A DNA stretch of 64,000 nt from positions 672,001-736,000 of the forward strand of contig CAVYRF010000002.1 in assembly GCA_963770895.1 (NCBI GenBank), written 5' to 3'. Of this stretch, positions 28,735 to 40,175 are shown piece after piece. A program made the translations under genes and the position numbers. The first letter of the stretch is position 1; each line of letters starts with the position of its first letter. The DNA is from an uncultured Acidobacteriota bacterium (GTDB lineage: Bacteria; Acidobacteriota; Thermoanaerobaculia; Multivoradales; UBA5704). The notes under the pieces are model-generated. The model was given only the letters and a program-made list of their open reading frames with translations. It was not told where the DNA came from and did not search any database.

Positions 28735-31700
28735 CGACTGCCGGAGCCGCCGCGGCCGAAACCACCGCGGCCAGCAGCTCCTACGGCGAAGCGGTCAACC
28801 TTTCCGCCCTGCCGATCGTGGGCGGCGGCGTCACCGTCACCAGCGGCCCGGTGCCGCAGGTCGGCGGCACCGCTCCAGGCCCGTATGCGCAGAGCACTTC
28901 GCTGGCCAGCGTCGCGGCCAGCAGCTCGCTGACCGGCCCGCTCCTGAGCACCGGCGTCATCAACGTCAGCGCCACGTCGCCGGTGCCCGCCACCAATCAG
29001 GCGGCGGCCAGCGCCGAGGTCGACAACCCTTCGCTCGGAATCGTCGGCAACCTTCAGCTGCTGACGCTGTCCGCCGGCCAGATCAGCTCCAGCGCGCAGA
29101 TCGCCGGCACCTGCGGCACGGCCCTTACAACCACCGGTTCGTCGCAGCTCACCGGCGCCAAGCTGGGGGGAGCCCTGGCGAGCGGCGCGGTCAACGCTAC
29201 GCCCGCCGCCAATACCGAGCTGCTCAACATCCTGGGCATTCGCGTCGTGCTCAACGAGCAGACCGTGGCCGGCGACGGCGTGACCACGTCGTCGCTCACC
29301 GTCAACGCGGTGCACGTTTATATTGCCAACGCGCTGCTGACCGGGTTGGGGGTGTTGAGCGGCGACGTCGTGATCGCTCATTCGCAAGCGTCGCTGGATT
29401 GTAATGGGCTGCCCAATTCCGCCGACCTGTCGGTCACCAAGTCGAGCAGCCCGAACCCGGCGACCGTCGGCCAGAACCTGACCTATACGATCACCGCCGC
29501 CAACGCCGGACCGGATACGGCTACTGACGTCACGGTCACCGATCCGCTGCCGCTCGGCGTCACCCTGGTGTCCGCAACCCCCAGCCAGGGGACCTGTTCC
29601 GGCACCCTGTCGATCACCTGCAGCCTGGGCTCCATCGGCGCCGGCGCCAGCGCCACGGTCGCCATCGTGATCCTGCCGCAGCTTGCGGGGACGCTGGTCA
29701 ACAGCGCCACCGCCAGCAGCGGCACCAGCGACCCGACGCCGGGCAACAACACCGGCAGCACCAGCACCACCGTCAATCCCGCCGGCGGCGGCAGCTCCGC
29801 CGACCTGTCGGTGAACGGCAGCGCGGCGCCCAGCCCGGCGACCGTCGGCAGCCAGCTCAACTATTCCATCCAGGTGGCCAACGCCGGTCCCAACGGCGCC
29901 GGCGACGTGGTTGTAACCGATACCCTGCCGGCAGGCGTCACCTTCGTCGCCGCCAATCCCAGCCAGGGCAGCTGCTCGGGCACCTCCATCGTGGTGTGCG
30001 ACCTGGGCACCCTGGCAAGCGGCGGCGCCGCCAGCGTGGCGATCGCGGTCGTTCCCACCGCGCCGGGCATCCTGGTCAACACGGCAAGCGTCGCGAGCGG
30101 CGTCCCCGACCCCAATCCGGGCAACAACACCATCACCTTCAGCACCACCGTCAATGCCGCGGGCGGCGGCAGCACCCAGGCCGACCTCTCGCTGGTCAAA
30201 TCGGCGGCGCCCAATCCGGTCACCGTCGGCAGTCCGCTCACCTACACCCTGACGGTCCACAACGCCGGCCCCAGCGCCGCGGCCGACGTGGTGACCACCG
30301 ACACCCTGCCCGCCGGCGTCACCTTTGTTTCCGCCGGCGCCAGCCAGGGGAGCTGCTCGGGCACCTCCACGGTGATGTGCAACCTGGGCTCGGTCGCGTC
30401 GGGTGTCAACGCCACCGTCACCATCGTGGTGCTGCCGACCGCCAGCGGCACCCTGGCCAACAGCGCCACGGTTTCCAGCGGCAATCCCGATCCGAGCCCC
30501 GGCAACAACACCGGCACCACCACCACGACCGTCAATCCGGCCGGTGGCAGCGGCCAGGCGGACCTCATGCTCAGCGGCACGGTGGCGCCCAACCCGGTCA
30601 CCGTCGGCAACCAGATCACCTACACCATTCTGATCAAGAACGCCGGCCCGGACGGCGCCGGCAACGTAGTGTTCACCGACACCCTGCCGGCAGGCGTCAC
30701 CTTCGTCTCGTCGCTGGCAAGCCAGGGGAGCTGCACCGGCACCACGACGATCACCTGCAACCTGGGCACCCTGGCCGCCGGCAGCACGGCCGGCATCGAC
30801 ATCGCGGCCGTGCCCCACGTGGCCGGCACGCTCACCGATCACGCGAGCGTCGCGAGCAGCACGACCCTGACCGGCAACAACCCGCTGCAGATCGTCAGCA
30901 CCGCCACCGCCACCGGCAACCCGGCCGACCTGGCGGTGACCGCGACCGCGGCGCCCAATCCGGTGACCGTCGGCAGCCCGCTGACCTACATCCTGACGGT
31001 TCACAACAACGGGCCGAACGCGGCCGCCAACGTGCTGGCCTCCGACACGCTGCCGGCCGACGCGTCGCTCGTCTCCGCCACGACCACGCAGGGATCGTGC
31101 TTCGGGTCCTTTGCCATCGCCTGCAACCTCGGCACCGTCGCCGCGGGCGCTTCGGTCAAGATCACCATCGTGGTGACGCCGACCCAGGCAGGCACGGCGA
31201 TCGATCACGCCAACGTCTCCAGCAGCAACCCGGACCCCACCCCGGGCAACAACGACGCAACCGTCACCACGACGGTCAATCCGGCCGTCGGCGGCGGTAC
31301 GGTGACGCCGGCCGATCTCTCGATGACCAAGACGGCGGCGCCCAATCCGGTGACGGTCGGCTCCAGCCTGACCTACACCCTGACGGTGGCCAATGGCGGC
31401 CCGGCGAGCGCCACCGGCGTCGTGACCAGCGATACCCTGCCGAGCGGCGTCACGCTGGTCAGCGCCACTCCCAGCCAGGGCACCTGCTCCGGCACCACGG
31501 CGATCACCTGCAACCTGGGAACGCTGGCGTCGGGAGCGACGGCCACGGTGGCCATCGTCGTCACGCCGACGGCGGTGGAAACGCTGGTCAATTCCGCCAG
31601 CGTCACCTCCAACGCCACGGACGCCAACCCCAGCAACAACACCTCGACGGTCAGCGTCACGGTGCTGCCGCCGGGCGGTGCGGCGCAGTGCCGCATCGAC

Positions 31701-32795
31701 GACGCGCCGGCGGCAACGCTGCTCATCCCCTACTTCGCCGTCGACCTGTCGTCGCCGACCGGCATGGACACCTACTTCACCGTGGTCAACTCGGCGGCGG
31801 CGCCGCAGCTGGCCAGCGTCACGCTGTGGAGCGACTGGGCGATCCCGGTGATGACGTTCGACCTCTACCTGACCGGCTACGGCACCCAGACGATCGACCT
31901 GCGCAGCATCCTGACCTCCGGCAAGGCGCCGGTGACCGGACCCGGGGTCGACGCGCCAGGCGGCCTGTCGAGCGCCAACCAGAACTTCCCCGGTTGCAAC
32001 GCGAACAACGTCGCCGGAGCCCCTGCCCGCAGCGTCTTCCTGCAGCGCGCCCTGTCCGGCCGCAGGGTCGGCGGCCTCTGCTACGCGACCGAAAAGACCA
32101 TCACCTCCGCCACCGGCTACGTCACCATCGACGCGGCCAATTCCTGCTCGGCGCTCAACCCGTCCAGCCCCGGCTACTTCGCGAGCGGCGGCACCGGCGT
32201 GGCGAGCGATGACAACGTCCTGCTCGGCGACTACTACTACTCCAACCCCAGCGCCAACTTCGCGCAGGGCGACGCGGCGGTCCACATCGCCGCCGACGCC
32301 ACCGTCTTCGCCGGCAACCAGTACACCTTCTACGCCCGCTACGTGGCCGGCACCGGCACCGACAACCGGCAGCCGCTGGGAGCCGTGTACGGCGTGCACT
32401 ACCTGACCACCGGCGAGTTCGACGGCACGCAGCTCACGGTGTGGCGCGACACCAAGAGCGGCGACCCCAGGCCGGTGGCCTGCGGCTCGCTGCCAGCGTG
32501 GGCGCCGCTGTCCACGGCGCAATCGGTGGTATGGGACGAACAGGAGAAGAACTCCGCCGTCGGCCCCGGCACCAACATCTCGCCGCTCGCGACGCAGCTG
32601 ATCAGCGTCGGCTCGGCGGCCCTGCCGCTGGCGCCGCAGGCCGGCTGGCTGGCGCTCGACCTGTCCCACTCCGCGACCTCGCTGTTCGGCGACCAGGCAC
32701 AAGGGTGGGTCACCGTCCTGCACAGCTCCACCTCCACCACCGCCACCTGGAGCCAGCGCGCCTGGCACCTCGACAACGCCTGCATCCCACATTGA
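28653..32795 (+). CDS. Large secreted adhesin-like protein (choice-of-anchor-P-like N-terminus, six DUF11 Ig-like repeats, Cys-containing C-terminal domain)
   Basis: GAGGAG RBS and signal peptide. Six repeats of ADLS..K...PNPVTVG..LTYT..V.N.GP..A...DTLP.GVT.VS...SQG.C...C.LG; C-terminal domain starts CRIDDAPAATLLIPYF. Confidence 0.88.
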   Translation: MSIPRWSASPQTFRKWLIAAALLIAQLTTAGAAAAETTAASSSYGEAVNLSALPIVGGGVTVTSGPVPQVGGTAPGPYAQSTSLASVAASSSLTGPLLSTGVINVSATSPVPATNQAAASAEVDNPSLGIVGNLQLLTLSAGQISSSAQIAGTCGTALTTTGSSQLTGAKLGGALASGAVNATPAANTELLNILGIRVVLNEQTVAGDGVTTSSLTVNAVHVYIANALLTGLGVLSGDVVIAHSQASLDCNGLPNSADLSVTKSSSPNPATVGQNLTYTITAANAGPDTATDVTVTDPLPLGVTLVSATPSQGTCSGTLSITCSLGSIGAGASATVAIVILPQLAGTLVNSATASSGTSDPTPGNNTGSTSTTVNPAGGGSSADLSVNGSAAPSPATVGSQLNYSIQVANAGPNGAGDVVVTDTLPAGVTFVAANPSQGSCSGTSIVVCDLGTLASGGAASVAIAVVPTAPGILVNTASVASGVPDPNPGNNTITFSTTVNAAGGGSTQADLSLVKSAAPNPVTVGSPLTYTLTVHNAGPSAAADVVTTDTLPAGVTFVSAGASQGSCSGTSTVMCNLGSVASGVNATVTIVVLPTASGTLANSATVSSGNPDPSPGNNTGTTTTTVNPAGGSGQADLMLSGTVAPNPVTVGNQITYTILIKNAGPDGAGNVVFTDTLPAGVTFVSSLASQGSCTGTTTITCNLGTLAAGSTAGIDIAAVPHVAGTLTDHASVASSTTLTGNNPLQIVSTATATGNPADLAVTATAAPNPVTVGSPLTYILTVHNNGPNAAANVLASDTLPADASLVSATTTQGSCFGSFAIACNLGTVAAGASVKITIVVTPTQAGTAIDHANVSSSNPDPTPGNNDATVTTTVNPAVGGGTVTPADLSMTKTAAPNPVTVGSSLTYTLTVANGGPASATGVVTSDTLPSGVTLVSATPSQGTCSGTTAITCNLGTLASGATATVAIVVTPTAVETLVNSASVTSNATDANPSNNTSTVSVTVLPPGGAAQCRIDDAPAATLLIPYFAVDLSSPTGMDTYFTVVNSAAAPQLASVTLWSDWAIPVMTFDLYLTGYGTQTIDLRSILTSGKAPVTGPGVDAPGGLSSANQNFPGCNANNVAGAPARSVFLQRALSGRRVGGLCYATEKTITSATGYVTIDAANSCSALNPSSPGYFASGGTGVASDDNVLLGDYYYSNPSANFAQGDAAVHIAADATVFAGNQYTFYARYVAGTGTDNRQPLGAVYGVHYLTTGEFDGTQLTVWRDTKSGDPRPVACGSLPAWAPLSTAQSVVWDEQEKNSAVGPGTNISPLATQLISVGSAALPLAPQAGWLALDLSHSATSLFGDQAQGWVTVLHSSTSTTATWSQRAWHLDNACIPH

Positions 32796-32828
32796 TCCGT
32801 TTCTTCTGAAGGCCTAGCATCCTCCCCC

Positions 32829-32863
32829 CGCCCCGCCCGGCATGCCGGTCGGGGCGCTTTTTT
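32829..32863 (+). terminator. Rho-independent terminator
   Basis: CGCCCCG-CCCGGC..GCCGGT-CGGGGCG stem followed by CTTTTTT. Confidence 0.8.
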
Positions 32864-32883
32864 GTCTGGGGGCTCGCGAACTG

Positions 32884-32899
32884 TGGCAGGGATCTTGCT
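32884..32899 (+). promoter_or_regulatory. Sigma-54 (-24/-12) promoter
   Basis: TGGCAGGGATCTTGCT is close to TGGCACNNNNNTTGCW with exact spacing. Confidence 0.7.
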
Positions 32900-33079
32900 G
32901 TTATTGGGGAGCGCGGACCGAGCGATCAACATCAGGGCACGAACTTCTCCGGTCCGCCCTTTGACTCAAGGTACCAGACCGCGGCGCGACGACGCGCGGC
33001 GGGGGTTGGAGGGCGGTGGGCCGCCACCGGGCGTCCCGTCCCTCCCTGGTGTGCACGATTTTCTAAAGGAGATCCGCCA

Positions 33080-33229
33080 ATGCTTTGGACGATCATCGTC
33101 ATCCTGCTGGTGCTGTGGCTGCTGGGCTTCGTCATCGTGCCGATCGGTGGCGGCCTGATCCACATCCTGCTGGTCATCGCCCTGATCCTGGTCGTCGTCA
33201 GGCTCCTGCAAGGGCGTCGGGTTCTATAG
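33080..33229 (+). CDS. lmo0937-family small membrane protein (49 aa; absent from the ORF track)
   Basis: AAGGAG RBS; translates to MLWTIIVILLVLWLLGFVIVPIGGGLIHILLVIALILVVVRLLQGRRVL, matching the family signature WLLG...GGLIHILLV.A. Confidence 0.9.
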   Translation: MLWTIIVILLVLWLLGFVIVPIGGGLIHILLVIALILVVVRLLQGRRVL

Positions 33230-33274
33230 GCAGCGCACGTACCGCTGTCCTCTACCCTGCAGTCCGTTTCTGGC

Positions 33275-33310
33275 GCCGGCCGGTTCTCACCGGCCGGCTG
33301 ATTTTTTATT
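33275..33310. terminator. Intrinsic terminator between convergent genes
   Basis: Perfect 10-bp stem GCCGGCCGGT-tctc-ACCGGCCGGC followed by TGATTTTTTATT. Confidence 0.8.
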
Positions 33311-34589
33311 GCGGCGCAGAGATCTGGCGCGCATAGATGGTGTTGGTGTGCGCCGAGATCCAGACCGCGACGGCGCCGTTGGGGCCGCTCGCGAGCGCCG
33401 GCGCATCCTGATTGCCGGCGTCGGTCACGTCCAGCGGGAAGTCCCCACCGTACGGGGCGCCGTCGGCCGCAAGCAGGTGGCCGAAGACCCCGCCCCAAGG
33501 GTTGTTCACGCCCTCCGCCAGCCAGATCGTGAGATAGCCGCCGGCCGGCAGCCATGCGACTTGCGGCTCGGTCAGCTTGCCTTGCGGCAGGGCCCGGCGA
33601 TTGACCTGGATCACCGCGTCCCCCGCGGCCGTCCCGTCGGCGGCAAACAGCCGCCCCAGGATGCCCTGTGGCGGCGGCGCCGGCAGCCGCGAGCTGGGCG
33701 ACGATCGCGCCAGGTCCCAGGCGATGAAGAAACGACCATCCGCCGCCATCGCCAGCGAGGAATCGAAGGTATTGGGGATGCAGCAGGTGCCGTCAGGATA
33801 CACATCGTCCACCGGCAGCACGGCGCCGTCCGCCGACACCCGCACCGCGTACGCCGATACGCCGTCGCCGACGTAGGTCACCGCCGCCGCCAGCGACCCG
33901 TCCGGCGCCTGCGCGATCGCGTCGGGGTACGGCCCCGACGAATCGGTGGGCGATCCCGAGGCCAGGGTCAGCTCGCCCGACAGCGGCCGCAGCCGCGATG
34001 AAAAAATGCGCGCCACGGCGTTGAAGTAGTACGGGCCGGCATCGGGATTCCCCACGTCGGCCGTCCAGGCGACGACGACGTCGCCGCCGGGACCGCTGCC
34101 GACGATCCCCGCGTAGCGGTTGCCGGCGCTGGGCCCGCTCGCCACCTGCGGCCCGGTCAGCGGCGTGCCGTTGCGATGAAACATCTGCACGTCCACCTGT
34201 TCGACCGGCAGCCCGGTGTGGGGAGCCTTCCCCTCCGCGTCCCATACCACCGCGAAGCGATCGTTGCCGTCCGCGGCCACGCCGTCCAGCGCCAGCAGAT
34301 TCGCCGGCCGCGCCAGCAAAAACTCCCCGCTCACCGGCTGACCGTTTGCCCCAAACAGCCGTGCATGCATCACGATCGGCCCCGTCGACGCCCCGCCGGC
34401 CGCCGCCTCCCACACCACCACAAAGCCGCCGTCCGCAAACACTCCCACCCTGGGCGCACCCTGCGAATCCACCCTGCTGACGCTGACCCGGATCTCCGGA
34501 CCCAGCACCGGCGCCGCCGCCGCCGGCGCCACAGGCGCCAGCGCAACGCCCACCATCACCGCCGCAAACATCCAATCACGCATCCGCAT
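33306..34589 (-). CDS. Secreted repeat protein (beta-propeller-like P.VA..G.FVVVW repeats)
   Basis: GGAGG RBS, signal peptide, recurring GFVVVW/FAVVW/VVVAW/FFIAW/YLTIW/AVAVW strands with ARLF-type motifs. Confidence 0.7.
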   Translation of the reverse strand: MRMRDWMFAAVMVGVALAPVAPAAAAPVLGPEIRVSVSRVDSQGAPRVGVFADGGFVVVWEAAAGGASTGPIVMHARLFGANGQPVSGEFLLARPANLLALDGVAADGNDRFAVVWDAEGKAPHTGLPVEQVDVQMFHRNGTPLTGPQVASGPSAGNRYAGIVGSGPGGDVVVAWTADVGNPDAGPYYFNAVARIFSSRLRPLSGELTLASGSPTDSSGPYPDAIAQAPDGSLAAAVTYVGDGVSAYAVRVSADGAVLPVDDVYPDGTCCIPNTFDSSLAMAADGRFFIAWDLARSSPSSRLPAPPPQGILGRLFAADGTAAGDAVIQVNRRALPQGKLTEPQVAWLPAGGYLTIWLAEGVNNPWGGVFGHLLAADGAPYGGDFPLDVTDAGNQDAPALASGPNGAVAVWISAHTNTIYARQISAPQ

Positions 34590-34744
34590 ACCCGCACCTC
34601 CAACGTTCAACCCCATGATACCTAGCCTATCTTACCATTGGCAACACCACCGCCTTGGCAAAACCGCCAATCTCGCAAGCAAAACCTGCGCCGCACGCAC
34701 CACGCGGCGCCACCTGCCCCCACCTGGTCGAGTACACTTGCAGC

Positions 34745-35179
34745 ATGGCCGCGGCGCTGGATCCCGAAGCAATCGCGCGGATCGCGCCCTTTCTTTCAGC
34801 CCGGCCGGAGCTGAACGTCGCGTCCCTCTACCTGTTCGGCAGCCAGGGCGAGGGCAGGGCCCACCGCGAGAGCGACGTGGACCTGGGCGTGCTGGCATCC
34901 TGGAGCGCGTATCCGTCGCGGCGCGATCGTTTCGAGCTGCGGGTGCGCCTCGGCTCCGAGCTGATCGCCGTGCTCCATCGCAACCAGGTGGACGTGGTGA
35001 TCCTCAACGATGCGCCGCCGCTGTTCGGGCGCCACATCATCACCCATGGCCGCCGCATCTTCCTGGGCGACCCTGCCGCGGATCACGCCTACGTCCGCGA
35101 CGTCCAGCTGCGCGCCGCCGACCTGGAACCCTTTCTGCGCCGCATGCGAGCCATCCAACTGGAAGCCCTGGCCCGATGA
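34745..35179 (+). CDS. MntA-type minimal nucleotidyltransferase antitoxin (type VII TA)
   Basis: YLFGS-QGEGRAHRES-DVD is an intact GSX10DXD motif; also VDVVILNDAP. Confidence 0.88.
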   Translation: MAAALDPEAIARIAPFLSARPELNVASLYLFGSQGEGRAHRESDVDLGVLASWSAYPSRRDRFELRVRLGSELIAVLHRNQVDVVILNDAPPLFGRHIITHGRRIFLGDPAADHAYVRDVQLRAADLEPFLRRMRAIQLEALAR

Positions 35180-35589
35180 GCCCCGTCGTCGAGCGGCTTG
35201 CCGAGCTGCGCCGCCATCTCGATCACCTGCAGCAGCTGCGGCCCCAGGTGACCGGCGCCGAGGTCCTCAGCCGTGACCTGTCGCTGCACAACGACGTGCT
35301 GTTTTCCTTGCTCACCGTCTGCCAGCTGGTGATCGATCTGGCCGGCGAGCTGAGCGCGCGGCGGGGCGTGCGCTTCGCCGACTACACCGAGGCGGTCCGC
35401 AACCTGGCGTCGTTCCCTGAGTTCCCTGCCGCGCTCGTGCGGAGCCTTGAACGGCTGCCCGGCTTCCGCAACGTGCTGATTCGCGAATACGTCAGCCTGG
35501 ACCTCGGCCGCGCGGTCGAGGCGCTCGATCAGCTGGCGGCAATCGAAGCGTTCGCGGACACCCTGCGCCGCATCGAAGCGGAATCGTAA
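35176..35589 (+). CDS. HepT/DUF86 HEPN toxin with a variant active-site motif
   Basis: ATGA coupling to mntA; QLVIDLA and GFRNVLIREY (the canonical form is GFRNxLxHxY). Confidence 0.85.
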   Translation: MSPVVERLAELRRHLDHLQQLRPQVTGAEVLSRDLSLHNDVLFSLLTVCQLVIDLAGELSARRGVRFADYTEAVRNLASFPEFPAALVRSLERLPGFRNVLIREYVSLDLGRAVEALDQLAAIEAFADTLRRIEAES

Positions 35590-35601
35590 AACCCCGATTC
35601 G

Positions 35602-38562
<2,961 letters not shown>

Positions 38563-38568
38563 GACGCG

Positions 38569-39150
38569 CTAACCCAGCTCGGCGAGCAGGAAGGCGCGCG
38601 CCTTGCGCCAGTCGCGCTTGAGCGTGCGGTCGCTGACTTTGAGAACGGGCGCGATCTCTTCCAGGGGGAGGCCGCCGAAGAAACGCAGCTCCACCAGCTG
38701 GGCGAGGCGCGGGCTTTCGCGCTCCAGCCGTTCGAGAGCAGCGTCGAGCGCCATGACGGTCGGTCCCATGTGCTGGTCCGCCGCGGCCGGTTCGAAGCCT
38801 TCGGGCCACGACACCCGCAGCGCGGCCCCACGCTTGGCAGCGGCGCGCCGGCGGGCGAAGTCGATCACCACGTGGCGCATGACGCGTGCGGCCAGATTGA
38901 AAAAATGGGCCTGGTCTTCGGCCGCCAGCCCTTCGGGCTCCACCAGCCGCACATAGGCTTCGTGCACCAGGGCAGTCGTTTCCAGCGTCCCGTCGCGGCG
39001 CCGCCCCCGCCCCAGCTGCGCATGCGCCAGACGCTTCAGATCCTGGTACAGCACCGCAAACAGCTGGTCGGCGGCGCCGCGCTCGCCGGCGCGCGCGGCG
39101 CGCATGAGCGTGGTCAGATCCTGAACAGGAGTCGGTCGCTCATCGAGCAT
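38569..39150 (-). CDS. ECF-type sigma factor, kinase-associated (ECF43/EcfP-EcfK-like)
   Basis: LYQDLKRLA, TLETTALVHEAY, HFFNLAARVMR, ELRFFGGL..EEIA...RTLKRDW; directly upstream of the kinase. Confidence 0.92.
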   Translation of the reverse strand: MLDERPTPVQDLTTLMRAARAGERGAADQLFAVLYQDLKRLAHAQLGRGRRRDGTLETTALVHEAYVRLVEPEGLAAEDQAHFFNLAARVMRHVVIDFARRRAAAKRGAALRVSWPEGFEPAAADQHMGPTVMALDAALERLERESPRLAQLVELRFFGGLPLEEIAPVLKVSDRTLKRDWRKARAFLLAELG

Positions 39151-39266
39151 GAAGTAGCTTCAGATCCTCCGGTCCAGGCGCCACGTCAACCGTTCATTCT
39201 ACAATAGCCGCCTGCCCGGCCAACAGTTGCCGGACCCCCTGCCAACGCCACCGGGAGCCCTTACCG

Positions 39267-39836
39267 ATGTCGCCATCTCAGCTGCACGTCCGCACGGCGG
39301 AGCGCACCGACCTGCCGCGACTGACCGAGATCTACAATCACTATATTATCCACACTCCGATCACTTTCGACGTCGAGCCGTACACGACCGAGCGGCGCGC
39401 CGCGTGGTTCGATCAATTCGCAAGCACCGGCAGGCACCGGCTGCTGGTGGCGGAGACCGGCGGCAGGGTCGTGGGATACGCCGGCACCACCCGCTTCCGC
39501 CCCAAGGCCGCCTACGAAACGACCGTCGAAACCACCATTTATTGCTGCCACGAAACCGTCGGCCAGGGCGTCGGCGCCGTCCTCTACCAGGCGCTGTTCG
39601 AAGCCATCGCCGACCAGGACGTGCACCGCATCGTCGCCGGCTACACCCTGCCCAACCCCGCCTCGGCGGCCCTCCACCAGCGCTTCGGCTTTCAACGCAT
39701 CGGCATCTTCAGCAGCGTGGGCCGCAAGTTCGGCCGCTTCTGGGACGTGGCGTGGAACGAGCGGCCGGTGCATCCGCCGGCGCCGGCAGAGCAGATGGGG
39801 ATCGCGGACGGTGGCGAACCGGGATCGACAGGTTGA
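39267..39836 (+). CDS. GNAT N-acetyltransferase, phosphinothricin/YncA family
   Basis: EIYNHYI..TPITFD, AYETTVETTIY, GQGVG, PNPASAALH..FGF, GRKFGRFWDV. Confidence 0.9.
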   Translation: MSPSQLHVRTAERTDLPRLTEIYNHYIIHTPITFDVEPYTTERRAAWFDQFASTGRHRLLVAETGGRVVGYAGTTRFRPKAAYETTVETTIYCCHETVGQGVGAVLYQALFEAIADQDVHRIVAGYTLPNPASAALHQRFGFQRIGIFSSVGRKFGRFWDVAWNERPVHPPAPAEQMGIADGGEPGSTG

Positions 39837-39842
39837 CCGGAT

Positions 39843-39941
39843 TGGCGGAAGCGCATGGGAATCGAACCCACCTCCCGGGCCGCGACGGACCGGGACAACG
39901 GTTTTGAAGACCGCAAGAGGCACCAGCCTCCTAGCGCTTCC
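39843..39941 (-). tRNA. selC: tRNA-Sec (anticodon UCA)
   Basis: Minus strand GGAAGCGC...GCGCTTCC-GCCA gives an 8-bp acceptor stem. 6-bp D stem GGAGGC/GCCTCT with TGGT loop, anticodon loop CTTCAAA, long variable arm, T loop TTCGATT, encoded CCA. Confidence 0.95.
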
Positions 39942-40175
39942 GTAGGTGCCGCCGCGCGGCGCCTCCCAGCACCGCGGCGACGCGCCGCCGCTTGACGATA
40001 CCATGCCGGACCTGCGCTCCCGGCGCGTGATCGGCCGCCGCGCCCAGACCCGTCCGGCGCGCCCGCGCGCTATCCGCCCGGACGGGTCCGGCGGGCGGGC
40101 GCGCGCGGCGAGCGCGCAGCGGCGGAGCGAGCGGTGGCCTGACCGCTCCGCGCCCCTCCCCGCTGGTCAGCGGGG

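Noticed and set aside
29420-31670. Recurring DNA repeats (CCCAATCCGGTGACCGTCGGC-like, AGCCAGGG) resembling an array
   Set aside because: They are degenerate in-frame DUF11 protein repeats at about 380-bp period, not CRISPR repeats; no cas genes are present.
39843-39870. selC 3' end as an att site for a prophage or island
   Set aside because: I found no duplicate of the tRNA 3' end and no integrase in the window (search by eye).
39950-40170. GC-rich hairpins between selC and the M56 gene as an ncRNA or riboswitch
   Set aside because: No recognisable family motif; compatible with terminator/promoter sequence at very high GC.
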